Part shown: positions 38,297 to 51,201 of the stretch, one piece after another | Layout: each line of letters starts with the position of its first letter | How positions within the stretch are numbered: the stretch's first letter is position 1 | Assembly (NCBI GenBank): GCA_951406725.2 | Contig: OX597814.1 | Location: forward strand, 49,166,001 to 49,230,000 | Direction: 5' to 3' | DNA from: Octopus vulgaris | Lineage: Eukaryota | DNA: 64,000 bases | The notes under the pieces: model-generated | What the model saw: only the letters and a program-made list of their open reading frames with translations | The model's database searches: none | Told to the model about the DNA's origin: nothing | Made by a program: the position numbers and the translations under genes

Positions 38297-39815
38297 AACC
38301 AACTTTACTTTACATTCCTCAGGGGTTAATAAAAATAAAGTACTAGTCATATACTCCCACCAAATTTCAAGCCTTATGCCTACATTAGAAACAATATTTT
38401 GTCTCTCATCATAAAAACAAAAAAATATTGTGAACTTGTCAAAATGATGTTAATAAAATATGTCTGAAGATAATTAGATCAAATCTATTAATTACATCTA
38501 AGTTCGAAGGTCTGTTGGAAATTTTGTTGACACTGGAAGAGACATGAAGTTAGCTGTCTCCCCTTTCTCTGCCTCTTCTACTGCAGCTATAATGGTCTCT
38601 GTTCCTTGGAGCTGGTTGGGTTCATGCCACCTGCACCTACGCAGTCCTGACCCATTCATCTCTCCACCTCTCATTACCATTATTTTACCCTCACTACCGT
38701 CTTAGACCCACCATAGTAGTCGCTACTTTTAGTCCTTTTCTAGAACATCACCCCAAGTGAATTCCCACCCTACTCATGTTTTTACCTCAGGTGTTGATTT
38801 ACAGTGGTTCAAGAACATTAATATCATCAACTTCACTAGTCTAAGAAGACCTGTGAAGGCCATAAGCAATGCACCTTCCTTCACTCCAAACAAGTGAAAG
38901 AAATTTCATTTATCTTAATTTTATTTTATTTTTGTCCAGTGTATATAGAAGAATATCATTCATTCATTTTATTCATTTTTTAAATTTTTTTGTTCTTTAA
39001 GGAGGTAAATGATCTGTTGTTTTGCTGAGCAGGTTGTATCTCAGATATCAAAAGACTGAAGATGACAACTAATTTTGGCATCTTATCTTTTATTGCTTAC
39101 TTGTTTCAGTTGTTGGACTGCAACAATACTGAGCATGAACTTGAAGAATTTTAGTTGAACAAATCAACCCCAGTACTTATTTTTTTAGTCTCTTTTACTA
39201 AACCACTATATTATTGAGAGGTAAACAAGCCAACACCAGTTGTCAAGCAGTGGTGGGAGAAAACATACACACACACACACACACATTATTATCATCATTG
39301 TTGTCGTTTAATGCCTGCTTTCCATGCTAGCATGGGTTGGATGGTTTGACTGAGGGCTGGTGAACCAGCATGCTGCACCAGGCTCCAATCTGATCTGGCA
39401 AAGTTTCTACAGTTGGATGCCCTTTCTAATGCTAACCACTCCGAGAGGAGAGTGTACTGGATGCTTTTTACGTGCCACCGGCATGAGGGCCTGTAAGGCA
39501 GTACTGGCATCGACCACACTTGAATGGTGCTTTTCACATGCCACTGGTACAGGAGCAGGTCAGGTGGAACTGGCAACGACCACGCTCGAATGGTGCTTTT
39601 TACGTGGCACTGGCACAAGTGCCAATCATGTGGTACTGTCATCAGCCACAACAATGACTTCACTTGACTCAACAGGTCTTCGCAAGCACAGTTTATTGCC
39701 CAATGACTGAAGGGTACTCTTAAATGGACTGGTTATGCTGCACTGCCATAGGCCATGGTTACAGTCTCACTTGGCTTGCCAGATCTTCTCAAGCACAGCA
39801 TATCTCACAGCATAT

Positions 39816-39867
<52 letters not shown>

Positions 39868-40135
39868 GTAGTACAGTTATGTTTAATGGTTAAGTTCTCT
39901 TTGCAAATATGAGGTCCTGAGTTCAGTCCCATTGTGAATATCTTGGGAAAAGTTTTTCATTATAGATCCAGTTGTGACTGTATGGTAAGAAGTTTTCCCA
40001 ATTATATGGTTCCAGATTCATTCTTACTGTGTGGCAGTTTGACCAAGTGTCTTATACTATAGCCCCAGGCCAATCAAAGCCTTATGAGTGGATTTAGTGG
40101 ACAGAAACTGAAAGAAACCCATCGTATATACATAT

Positions 40136-40179
<44 letters not shown>

Positions 40180-40559
40180 TTATATATATATATATATAAG
40201 GAAAATAAGACAAGGTAGAAAATGCTAAAATAATTTTATCATGAAGTACATTTTATAAAAGTTAGTACCAGTTTTAGTTTTATATATATATATATAACAT
40301 CACTATTTTTCACTGCAGATATTGTTATATATTTTACCCTGTGCATATTACAGCATTTATAGTGTTACCCACTTTAGAGCTATCTCTTTTATTGGGATGG
40401 ACTGCCAGACAGCTATTGTTACAAGTTTTGACTGTCACAGGATTTGAACTCAGCTCTTCATTCCCACGAGCTATTCATAAATTGTACAGTCAGGACGATG
40501 AACTGTGTATAAAAATGTAAATGTTTTGAAGTTCTATAAGGTTCCTAAAGGGTAATGCT

Positions 40560-40900
40560 TATCTCCAGTTTCCAGATGTTCAGGAAATGTGAACTAAATC
40601 TGTGCTGGATAGGATGCTTGTCTATCTCCAGTAATATTCTCAGACAACATGGTATCTATTTTTGACATGTAGTTGACTGGAGGAATATAGAATGCCTACA
40701 ATGGATGTGAATGACTTGGCTGTACAATACCATATCCACATGTTCATTTTGCTACTCTGGCAGCGAGCTGTAACTCTCCATGATAAATACTTAGAGCTAA
40801 GTAAAGAGTTGAAAGTAAACTGTCTTACCTGGAATATTGCTGGACACCTGTGATGAATTATGAATTTTTGTACCAATGCAATGACTTGGTCCGTGAGTCT
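40560..40900 (-). mobile_element. Decayed CR1/L2-like endonuclease relic
   Basis: SFTSIVG followed by a frameshifted YIPP, resembling the IxGxYxPP APE motif; weak. Confidence 0.35.
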
Positions 40901-41719
40901 TTCATAAATGAGCAGTTTAGTAATAATGAGATGAATCTTTCCTCTAGTTACTACAAATAACAAAGTGTTTTAGAACTGCTTTAAAAGAAGTGAGTCATTT
41001 TTCAGTTTTAATTTAATATTGCACCTTGTTTTCAATTGTTGTAAGCAATGAAGAGACTTCTATTGGTTAGTGTTGACCATGCATCTGTGCACAATGGAAA
41101 GATGTCTTGTTGAAGATATGTAAACATTTTCCCATGTATGCAAGTCCAGTCTCTCCTCTCCATGTTACTGGTATTTATCCAAAGGAAAGGCCACTAAATT
41201 GTACTGATACAGCTTGACACCAGTGTCATCACGGGCATTGGTATCAGAATAGAGCTGAAACAGATATCCACTGCCCTGGATTGCTACATTTTTATCAAAG
41301 GATAACAGGCAAAGTTGGCCTCAGTAGGATTTGAACTAGGTGCACAGAGGGTTACAACAAGAATTCTATTCAATACTCTAATAACTCCACCAATTCACCT
41401 CCTGTAAGCATTAACCACTAATTAAATATTCATTTAAAAGTTGATTTTGTTTCTTGACAATATATATAATTTTTTAAAACTTTTACTTTAGAATTATTTA
41501 AAAATATTTATCCATGGGCTGATACCCTATGAGAAAGCTAAATCCAGCTCTTCATGCACTGTCAATTAGTTTTGTTCTTTTTATTTCTTTGTGGAGTCAA
41601 GAGGTTACTGTTGCTTGCCTTTTGGGATACCCCTTTGATTAGGATTAGTGTAATTAAATGAATTTAATATGATTAATGTTTAATTTGAATCATTGAAATA
41701 TGAAACTTAAAGAAACATA

Positions 41720-41910
41720 TAAGGGATGTACTTGGAGGATAGAAAGATTTTGTAAAAAAAAGAAGTATTTAGCATGGAGTCTGAATGGGATGGCGCTTCA
41801 GATGAAGTTGTTGTATAATCAACAATTTCAGAGGTGAGGTGCAAAAATTGTTGTAGTAGTAGAAGTAGAAATAATAGAAAGGTGATTTAGATCTGTGGAA
41901 GATCAAAGGT
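41720..41910 (-). mobile_element. Possible CR1-like LINE C-terminal relic
   Basis: Minus strand gives PL...FYFYYYN.FC and SFYPP-like segments, similar to CR1-group C-termini; weak. Confidence 0.3.
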
Positions 41911-42099
41911 TATAAATTGTTGGTGTTTGAAAGTTTACCTATCGAGTGGTTTGTCTTTGTTTTGGTTAGGTTCAAGTCTACTATTGGCTTAAGCACATTT
42001 ACTCAAAATAACAATAAGCAATGTGCTTAACAAGTAAATCACAGGAAATAAACAAGAGCCAGTTTATATATATATCTAAGTATATGAACTATATTTGGA

Positions 42100-42570
42100 A
42101 TACAAGACAATATAATGAATTTTACATATGAATATTATGGATTATTACAGAAGACTAACCAAGGAAGTATATATGGATTTAAAGACTCTCATCAAAAGCA
42201 GTGGCTTTTCATTTTTAATTTATATTTCAAACAAACACAATTTTATAGTATTACTTCAAATTTTTAAAAAACTACCATTTGATATCTCTGAAGAGCAGAA
42301 GAGTTGTCTATAAATGCTTATCAATATAGGATTTCATTATAGGGACAGCACTTCTGTGAAACGATCGTAAGATGCTTTAAAAACTTAATTCACAACTTTT
42401 AAACTGTCATATACATTATATATTTATACTTATACATATTTACATATATTTTTACACATATTTATATTTTTAATACAACAATTATTTTATACACATATAT
42501 ATCTTTCTGAAGAATTTGCTAATATTGATTTCCTGATATTAATAATGATATATTATAAAAAATATATATA
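42100..42570 (+). mobile_element. Penelope-like element 3' relic (end of GIY-YIG domain plus pLTR)
   Basis: ORF 42128 YRRLTKEVY..LKTL..SG resembles the PLE endonuclease end (RxxxExYWIxxLxTxxPxGLN); followed by AT-rich sequence containing a hammerhead. Confidence 0.55.
42283..42374 (+). ncRNA. Type I (minimal stem III) hammerhead ribozyme
   Basis: Stem I TATCT/AGATG; core CTGAAGA (42288-42294); long stem II GCAGAAG.GTTGTC...GACAGC.CTTCTGT; GAAA (42358-42361); C-GATC-G palindromic stem III; GUA cleavage triplet (42367-42369). Confidence 0.75.
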
Positions 42571-43785
42571 TATATATTCGCTCGTATTAAATATATAAAT
42601 ACTTTAATAGTATTAATACTTTGATACAATAGAGCACTCAATATAAATTCAGTATATAATATTCTCATTGAATATATTTAACTAAAGATTCATAAATATA
42701 TGACATTCATTTCATAGATTTTGATACAGTACATGAAATTGCTGGAACATTTTAATATTTTTGTATAAATATAATTTTATTACAAATATATAGCTAATTC
42801 ACCAAAATTTTATCAGCTATTCTCACCTCTAAAAATAAAAATATAAACATTATCTTATCAATAAAGGTATAGATTTCTTGTGAGGTTGAATAGTTCTTTG
42901 ACTCTCTTTACTTTCATTCCAATTTGAGCCTAATTCCTGAAATAGATTCATGTGTTATCACCACTAACCAGACTTACCAAAAGTTAATCGCTAAACTGAT
43001 GATAGGAAAAGTTTTTACTCTTCTTATTATTATCTACTTCCTTTGGAAAAATCTCACTTGAAAAATATGTACATGTTATATAAATATTCATATAAATACT
43101 ATTTAGCTAAAGTGATTAAAATTTTACCTGATAATTAGTGAGAAACAACATTATAAACTGTAACAGAATAGTGAGAACTTTTCAAATGAAACCAATCATT
43201 TCAAATTATTTTGTGGGTGGTGTAGTAAGCATGATATAGTGAGATGTAAGTTGCTACAAAGTAAAAATCTACGAACCATTTTTGATATCTATTTGAAGCC
43301 ACTTCAGCTATGATACCTCTCTCAAAACTTTGAGACCATTGTGCCTCTGTTAGATAATCAACATTAAAGATAGGGAAGGGATTCAATGAATAATCTGATA
43401 GATACTGGAATCTTTACTATGTGTTATCCTTATCTAAAGTACACAGAATTTTTCACATCAGTCAATTTTGTTGAAAAGAACTAATATTAGCTAAGTTGGA
43501 GGGTTCCAATCAAGCCAATTATATAGATGTGATATATGATATATATATATATGTATGTGTGTGTGTGTGTGTGTGTATTTCGTTTTTGGATTTGGTTTGT
43601 AAGATTCTTTATGTGAGTTCGTGTGTTGAAGCATATTCTGTTGTGTCTGGGGAGAGTCATTTTCTTTTTGTGCCTTATAATTTAACACATTCACCGGTAA
43701 AATTTCCTCTTATTTCTTATTTTTATTTTCCTAAAATTTTCATTGTGCCTTGCAACCTTTTCAATAGTCTTGACAAGACTATTGA

Positions 43786-44315
43786 GATCAGTCCTCACTA
43801 CTTTCTACAATCTCAAGGGAGCTGCCAGGGCATTTGAGAGAGTCTAATCCCCATGTTTCCTTAGTGCTTACTGTTTGTGTGCATCTGCCTCACATAAAGA
43901 CAACTTTCTCTGTTAACCTACCTGTTATTCTACTGCAGCCTGTATGTATCCATAACTTATATTCGGTGCAATGAATGGAATTTCTTCCAACACCTCTCCT
44001 ACATATTGAGTAGGGTCACTTACCTGAAAGAAAGAGAGTCTATTCTGCTTTTTTGCAAAACAACTTTTGGTCTTTGCTAGATAACTTTAAGGCCTTTTGA
44101 TTCCAGGTTTTGCTTCCATGCCTGGAATTTCTTCTGTACTGCAATAGATCCTGTTAGAGCAAAATCATCAGCAGAAAGTAGTTTCCACAGAATGTTTTAA
44201 ATTCCTTTGCTATGGTTTGGGGGACTATGATAAATAAAAGGGGACTGAGAATTGAGCCCAGGTGAATCCCTACTTGTACATTAAATTCATCACTGTACTC
44301 ATGATTGACTCTCAC
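43786..44315 (-). mobile_element. RTE RT fragment
   Basis: RVRVNHEYSDEFNVQVGIHLGSILSPLLFIIV, homologous to 57145-57552. Confidence 0.8.
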
Positions 44316-44331
44316 TCTGTGTGCGTGTGTA

Positions 44332-44401
<70 letters not shown>

Positions 44402-44554
44402 TATATATTATCATTTAATGTCTGCTTTCCATGCTGGCATGTGTTAGATGGTTTGACTAGGATTAGTAAGCCAGAGAGTTGCACCAGGTTCCAGTCTGAT
44501 TTGGCATGGTTTCTATGGCTGGATGCCCTTCCTAAGACAACACTACAAATTTTG

Positions 44555-45000
44555 CATCATCATCATTTAGAGTCTAAACTCTTCCGTGCTTGTATTAGTT
44601 AGATGGAATTTGTTGAGGCAGATTTTGTATGGCTAGATGCTCTTCCTTTCGCCAACCCCCACCTAGTTCCAAGCAAGGTAATACTTCCTCATTGCCACAA
44701 GTTTTTCATGGATGACTTGAAATGAACAACATTGCTTGTATGTCAGTGATGCTTGTTTACAACCATCATATGATGTCAAGATATAAGGGTATACAGACAT
44801 GCACACACATACACACACACACACACACATATATGGCAGGTTTCTTTTCAGTTACCATCTACCAAATTCATTCACAAGGCTTTGGTCAGCTTGGGGCTAT
44901 AATTGAAAACACTTGCTCAAGGTGTCATGCAATGGGACTGAACCCAAAACGACATGGTTAGGAAACAAACTTCTTAACTGAACAGCCAGACCTGCACCAA
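44555..45000 (-). mobile_element. CORE-head SINE with RTE-type tail
   Basis: Same modular structure as 8810-9241, in reverse orientation. Confidence 0.7.
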
Positions 45001-45999
45001 TAGTTGTTTTTTTATTAATGTACAATGCAAGATTTGTATTCTAAGGAAAACCAAAGAGAAATACTAATTGCAATATAGTTTTTAAAAATCGTAGAGAGAA
45101 ACTAGTATAGACAACTAAATTTGGAACAGAGAGCTATGCAGAGAAGACCAAGCATTTATTGTCTTTGAGGAGAAGGGGTACTTTATTGCCCCCTTTTTAT
45201 GTGTATAACATATACTTTGCACATGTAATTTGGGTCACATCACATATGCAATGTGTATATTGTACACATTTGATTCTAGTTATCTAATTTGGGATAAACT
45301 AATTATACTAAATATTTTGGTAAGAAGTGTAACACCTCCATAACTCTTTTTGTCATATCAGTGTCAGGCTTTAGCTAGACTCTACTCAAACACATCTGTG
45401 TAGGGTTGCAGTTAATGCTTGCCATATCTCTCTCTCACCCAGTTTGCCAATGGTAGGCACAACAAAGGTAGGCACAAAAGTTTTTTGGTACACAAGAATC
45501 TTTTTTTTTTATTTCCTTCCTTGGGATTCACTGAAGATGTGAAGTTAATGTTCTTATTAATATTGTTGCTCTTTCACCCTTCTGCTATCAGGCAGCCCTG
45601 ATTAGGCAGACTTATGACAAAAGGTATTCCAACCATGACCATCCTTTGTTCTCCAAAGAATAGTGTACCACATGATGATAATAAAATAATAATAAGAACA
45701 ACAATAAAAAACTCCTTTTTTAAGATGGTAGGGTGTGACTTGAAGGAGATTTGACTGCTATTTCCAGTATCTCAGATGACCACATAGAAGCTCTTTTCAT
45801 TTGCCCATATTCCTATCGATACATGGGCAAATAAGCAAGCTTCTATGTAGTTGTTATTTCCTGTATTTACACTTGATTTATTTTTGCATTTAGTTTCTTC
45901 CCATCACTGCAGGAGTTTTTATTCACAAAGTATTGCTTAACTCATGATTATACCACAGTGGAAAATAAACTGGAATCACATCATCGCACAGTTAAAATA

Positions 46000-46915
46000 C
46001 CGTAAATCCTCGAGTATAATCCGCATTTTTCCCCCAAAATTTAAAAGGTCAAAATCCCTAGTGCATACTATATACAAGGTTAAAAGTTTAAAATATTTTC
46101 TAAACAATGTCCGAATCTCTATAAGTTTAAAAGTGTTTAGTTACAAAGAAATTATTTTTAAAATCTGCCGGTCAAAGTGAAAAGATCCGCGAAAATACCT
46201 TAAGCTAAACCCGAAAGCAATAAAATCATAAAGTGATTTATGGACAGAATGGATGTCGACTGGAGAAAAGTCGTTCACTAAAGGTGGAAGGGTTCGCGCT
46301 CCCGACCTGACTTTGATATGCAAATGGTTCGTGTATGCATGGAATGAACTTGATCCTCAGATTATTGTGAAAAGTTTTATCAAATGTTGTATATCGTCTG
46401 CACTGAGTGGTACTCAGGATGACGTTGTATGGAAAGATGAAATAAATGAAAGTGAATCTTCTGATGTTGACTATTAATCTGACGATGACGGAGATTTACA
46501 CCACAATTATGCTGACATGTTTACAGAGGAACAAATGGAACAGTTATTTGATGCTGAAAGTGACGTTGAATTTGAAGGATTTGAATAAATGCTTTTGCTT
46601 TTACTTTTGTAACTGATAGTGATAAAGGCAATTTACTTAATATTTATTTTTCACTGACGTTATTACTGCTATTTCTTTATTTTCTGCAAACAAAATCAAC
46701 AAAAAAGCTACACGTTGGCATTATGTTATGTATACAATAATAATAAAGGACGTTACCGTATACATTTTTACAAACCAAGGACGTTATATAGACCTCCTTG
46801 ACTCAAGTTAGAGAAGGGGTGCGTATTATACACAAGGTTTAGGTTTTTCAGAGGTACAGCCCCCTAAAAATCCCCTGCGTATTATACTCAAGAGCGGACT
46901 ATACTCGATTTACGG
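46000..46915 (+). mobile_element. pogo-family (POGK-like) non-autonomous DNA transposon
   Basis: TA|CCGTAAATCCTCGAGTATAATCCGC...GCGGACTATACTCGATTTACGG|TA TIRs and subterminal TGC.TA.TATA.(A/T)CAAG repeats. Transposase C-terminal remnant FTKGG...ICKWFVYAWNEL...IVKSFIKCCIS...EFEGFE*. CpGs retained, so probably young. Confidence 0.88.
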
Positions 46916-47884
46916 TATTTATTTTGATTGTTGTGTGGTCTCCTTGTTTGGATCAAACAGTAACTATTAATAGCATCATTAATAGAGTAGCAAATGATTT
47001 AGTATCGTTTCAAATGTTTGACTTAGTAAGTCAGTTTCTGTTGTAGCTATTATGGGTTTTTTTGTTATACATCAATATTTTTTGCTTCATTACTTTTCTT
47101 GTACATCCACAAGTTATATGAAAGAATTTAAGTAATAAAAACAAATGTGTTTCCCAAAAGAAAGCAAATATATATTTTGTGTTATGAAAGCAAGATGAAA
47201 AAACTTCCTACAGTGCTGGAAGGAAGCTAAATAAAATAACATTATGACTGTATATGCAGGAAATACTGAAGTCATAAATGTCTTGGAGACTAAGAAAATG
47301 CAGGGCTCCACTTCCCGTATATTGAAGAAAAATGTGATTTATATAACTGTTCTAATTACATCCATGGAGAGTAACAGTAAATAACAGAACTAGCAAGATG
47401 TGTATCTTTTCACACAATCTGCTTCTTTCATTCAGTTGTTTGTTTAGAGTTATCTGGAACATATGAAACTACTAAATCATTACTGTCATCATTATAGTTG
47501 CTACTCATTAATCTCAAACATTTGGGATTTACTAAATTCTCTACAGTACTGTTATACATCTATGTTATAAAACAGAAGGGGAAATAGAGTTTATCTTACA
47601 CAGTAGTTCAATGAAACGAATTGCTTAATTTTTGCTGATCAGATATATATTTATCAATAGGGTATTAGTTCCATTGCCTTCTTAGAAGGAAAAAATTGAA
47701 GTTTTGACATTCATGCCTTTCTTGGAAAGCTTGCAACAAAAATTGAAACCAGATTCTAGATGCTATAAGTTTATGGAATCTGTATGTAGCAGTTTGTACT
47801 GCTAATGATATGTGCTGCTTAGTAAACGCCTAACATTTGATAATTTTTTCCTTATTATAAACTTCTGATACTAGGTAATCCTTG

Positions 47885-48290
47885 AACATAGCAAGAAAGA
47901 GCATGTGTGATAATTGACATAGCATACTCCTGTGACAACAGGATCAGTGTGAAAGAAGAAGAAGAAAAAAAACAACTATCACGATTTGAAGTGGGAAATA
48001 CAAAGGTTGTGGTCAATGAAAAGAGTAGACATGGTACCAATAGTAATTGGTGCACTTGGAAGTATCAGCACTCAACTACCAACATGGCTGAAAAAGATTG
48101 GTGCAAGTGTGAAAGTAGAACACCTACAAAAATCAGCATTGCTTGGAACTGCAAGAATTCTTCACAGGGTTCTTGAAGCATGATCAGTAAATAAGTGTCA
48201 CCTTAGTCTGCTGGCTATGGACAGCTGACACTTTCCATCATACCCAACAAAATAAGTTGTGAGTTTTCATCATCATCATCATCATCAATC
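47885..48290 (+). mobile_element. R4/Dong-clade non-LTR 3' fragment (older)
   Basis: CVIIDIAYSCD...LKWEIQRLW...VPIVIGALG...LQKSALLGTARIL; ends in (CAT)n/(AAT)n. Confidence 0.8.
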
Positions 48291-48294
48291 ATCA

Positions 48295-48520
48295 TAATAA
48301 TAATGGTTTCAAATTTTGCCACAAGGGTAGCACTTTTGAGGGAGGGGATGAGTTGATTACATCAAACCCAGTGTTCATCTGATATTTATTTTATCAACCC
48401 CAAAAGGATGTAAAGTTAAGTTGACCTCAGCGGAATTTGAACTCAGAACATAGTAATGGGCAAAATCCCACTAAGCATTTCATTCAGTGCACTAACAATT
48501 CTGCCATCTCACTGCCTTAA
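48295..48520 (-). mobile_element. Family B SINE, (ATT)n-tailed
   Basis: Nin-like domain and head in reverse orientation; similar copies at 50540-50850(-), 62068-62285(+) and 63445-63640(-). Confidence 0.75.
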
Positions 48521-48534
48521 TATTAATAATAATA

Positions 48535-48596
<62 letters not shown>

Positions 48597-48652
48597 TAAA
48601 AATAATAAAAATAATAATAATAATAATAATAATAAAAATAATAATGATAATA

Positions 48653-48706
<54 letters not shown>

Positions 48707-48720
48707 TAATAATAATAATA

Positions 48721-50051
48721 ACAGGAATATGAGTGAAGTAAAGAATATAGATAGGAAAATACGCAAGCTGCTGAGTTGTAATAGGATGCACCACCCAAAG
48801 GCAGACGTAGATCGCCTTTACCTCCCCAGAGCCCAAGGAGGTCGAGGCCTGATCCAATTTGAACTAGCTTACAAAATAACCACAATTGGACTGGCCAAAT
48901 ATCTTGAAATAACGAATGACTGGATGCTAAAGCTCGTGGAAAATCATGAGAGACGAAAGAAGCTTCATTCTATCATAAAGGAAAGCAAAAAATTTGCTAT
49001 TGATCTCGTGCAGGATACCCAAACTGAACAACCCGAGGGAAGTACGGCAACTATTGTTGCAAAGAAGGTGAAAATAATGGCAACAAAAAAAGTGTACGAG
49101 CAATTGGCTGATAGGTGGGAGGGGAAACCTCTGCACGGCAAATATGTGGCCCGTAGTAAACAAGCTGATGTTGACCAGAAGCAAACCCATCAGTGACTAC
49201 GGAGCACAGGGCTAAAGGCAGAGAGCGAAGGTTTCATCCTGGCTGCTCAAGATCAAAGCCTATTAACCTGGAACTACCAAGCCAATGTGATGAAAAATGG
49301 AGCAGACCCACAAATGCCGATTCTGCAACGACATGATTGAAACAGTGGACCACCTAATCTCTGGATGTAAAGTCTTAGCACCAGTGGAGTATAAATTAAG
49401 ACATGACAGAGTTGGCCAATATCTACACTGGCTAATAAGTCGGCATTACAATATCAAAACTGCCGACAAGTGGTATAATCACCACCCTGAAGCTGTAACT
49501 GAAGGAGAAAATGTAACGATTCTGTGGGACTTTCCAGTACATACAGACCGAACCTTTAAAGCCAATAAACTGGATATTGTTGTGAAAGACCAAAACAATA
49601 AAGTTTGCTTATTGATTGACATGAGCATCCCTTGTGATCATAATACCTCGGCGAAAGAGTTTGACAAGCTCAGAAAATATAAAGACCTGCTCATTGAAAT
49701 TGAGAAAATGTGGCATCTCAAGGCAGTTATAATACCAGTGATCGTAGGAGCACTAGGAATGATCAAGAAGGGAACCGAAAATTATATGAGAATGATCCCT
49801 GGCTTACCATCCCTGCAAGAAGTGCAAAAGATTGTCTTAACTGGTACATCACACGTATTGAGAAGAGCATTGTCGATGTGAGAACTATTACTACCCATGT
49901 ATTTTAATTTAACTTAAAAAAAAAAAAATGAACGAACTAGTGAGTTTAGTTTAATAGCCTACCAATGTATACTATGAGTTTCTTTGCCCTAGGAGTCAGG
50001 AAGACACTCGGCAAGAAATGGAAGCAAATTTGAAAGAAGAAGAAAAAAAAG
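48721..50051 (+). mobile_element. R4/Dong-clade non-LTR retrotransposon, 5'-truncated, inserted in (AAT)n
   Basis: HHPKADVDRLYLPRAQGGRGL, KPLHGKY, AQDQSL, CRFC...H...C knuckle, RHD, LWD, IDMSIP, K..KY.DL and PVIVGALG define a restriction-like endonuclease. One stop, one frameshift, PD changed to LD. (AAT)n on both flanks (48523-48720 and 50052-50075). Confidence 0.92.
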
Positions 50052-50077
50052 ATAATAATAATAATAATAATAATAAA

Positions 50078-50530
50078 GATGGGCTACAGCAAATATTCTG
50101 CTCAAAATCACAGATTTGCTTGTCAGTTGTTTGACCTTAACCAGTTGAGCATGTCTTGGTGGCTGATGATATGTGCATCTCTAATCACAAGCAGAAGTAG
50201 TTGGAGAGCATCATAGCCATGTGTTGAGAGGAATTCTCTGGGGTTTGAATAATTCACCTCTGGAAACATAGGTGTTTTGTGCAACATCCTTAAACAACTC
50301 ATACTCAGGGACCTTTTGAGCAAGATGGGCTATTCGACCTGAAGAAAATTCTAACTAGGTCCCTCCTGCAAGGTCATGCACTGTTTCTCTTGATATGAGA
50401 TTACCATGTTGCGCACATATGGTTGTGATGCATTGCCTAGATGGGTAGTCATGATGGGTATTTTGGGCTACTTATATTTGTACCTTAGTGTCACTTTGAT
50501 GGCATGCACTGCTCTCTCACTCAATAATAG
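50078..50530. repeat. Unclassified non-coding interspersed element flanked by (AAT)n
   Basis: ~450 bp of complex sequence between AAT tracts, no ORF; likely a non-autonomous retroposon. Confidence 0.4.
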
Positions 50531-50720
50531 TAATAATATTAATTCCTTCTACTAAAGGCATAAGGCCTGAAATTTTGGGGAAGGGGACTAATCAATTACA
50601 TCAACCCCAGTGAAACACTGGTACTTAATTTATTGATGTCGAAAGGATAAAAGGCAAAGTTGGCTATGGCGGGCTTTGAAATATAATAATAATTATTATT
50701 ATTATAACAACAACAATAAC

Positions 50721-50766
<46 letters not shown>

Positions 50767-50969
50767 TCTACTATAAACACAAGGCCTGAAATTTTGGAGG
50801 AGGGGAGGCTAGTTGATTACATCAAACCTTGTGATCAACTGGTACTTATTGTTATCATCATCATCATCATCACGCTTAATAACATTTTATTTATCTTTAC
50901 ATCCTGAGTTCAAATTCCACTGAGATCAACTTTACCTTTCATCTTTTTGGGGTCTATGAAATAAGTACC

Positions 50970-51201
50970 TATTTCTTTATTACCCACAAGGGGCTAAATA
51001 CAGAGGGGACAAACAAGGACAGACGTAGGTATTAAGTCGATTACATCGACCCCAGTGCGTAACTGGTACTTAATTTATCAACCCCGAAAGGATGAAAGGC
51101 AAAATTGACCTCGGCGGAATTTGAACTCACAACATAACGCAGACGAAATACCACTAAGCATTTCGCCCTGCATGCTAACGTTTCTGCCAGCTCGCCGCCT
51201 T
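50970..51201 (-). mobile_element. Young Tx1-tailed family B SINE inserted in an older, oppositely oriented family B copy (50890-51300)
   Basis: 15-bp TSD TATGAAATAAGTACC at 50955-50969 and 51204-51218. Confidence 0.9.

Noticed and set aside
35990-39660. CRISPR-like spaced repeats (GGTGCTTTTTACGTGCCAC)
   Set aside because: The spacers are similar to each other and the units belong to the RTE 3' UTR; eukaryotic context and no cas genes.
42978-43349. Possible minus-strand micro-exons of a nested gene (EAQWSQSFERGIIAEVASNRYQK; FIMLFLTNYQ)
   Set aside because: Splice-like motifs exist, but the phases are incompatible (joining them introduces stops) and no protein family is recognisable.
48729-49881. 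Intact or domesticated R4/Dong ORF
   Set aside because: 5'-truncated, with an in-frame stop, a frameshift and a mutated PD motif.
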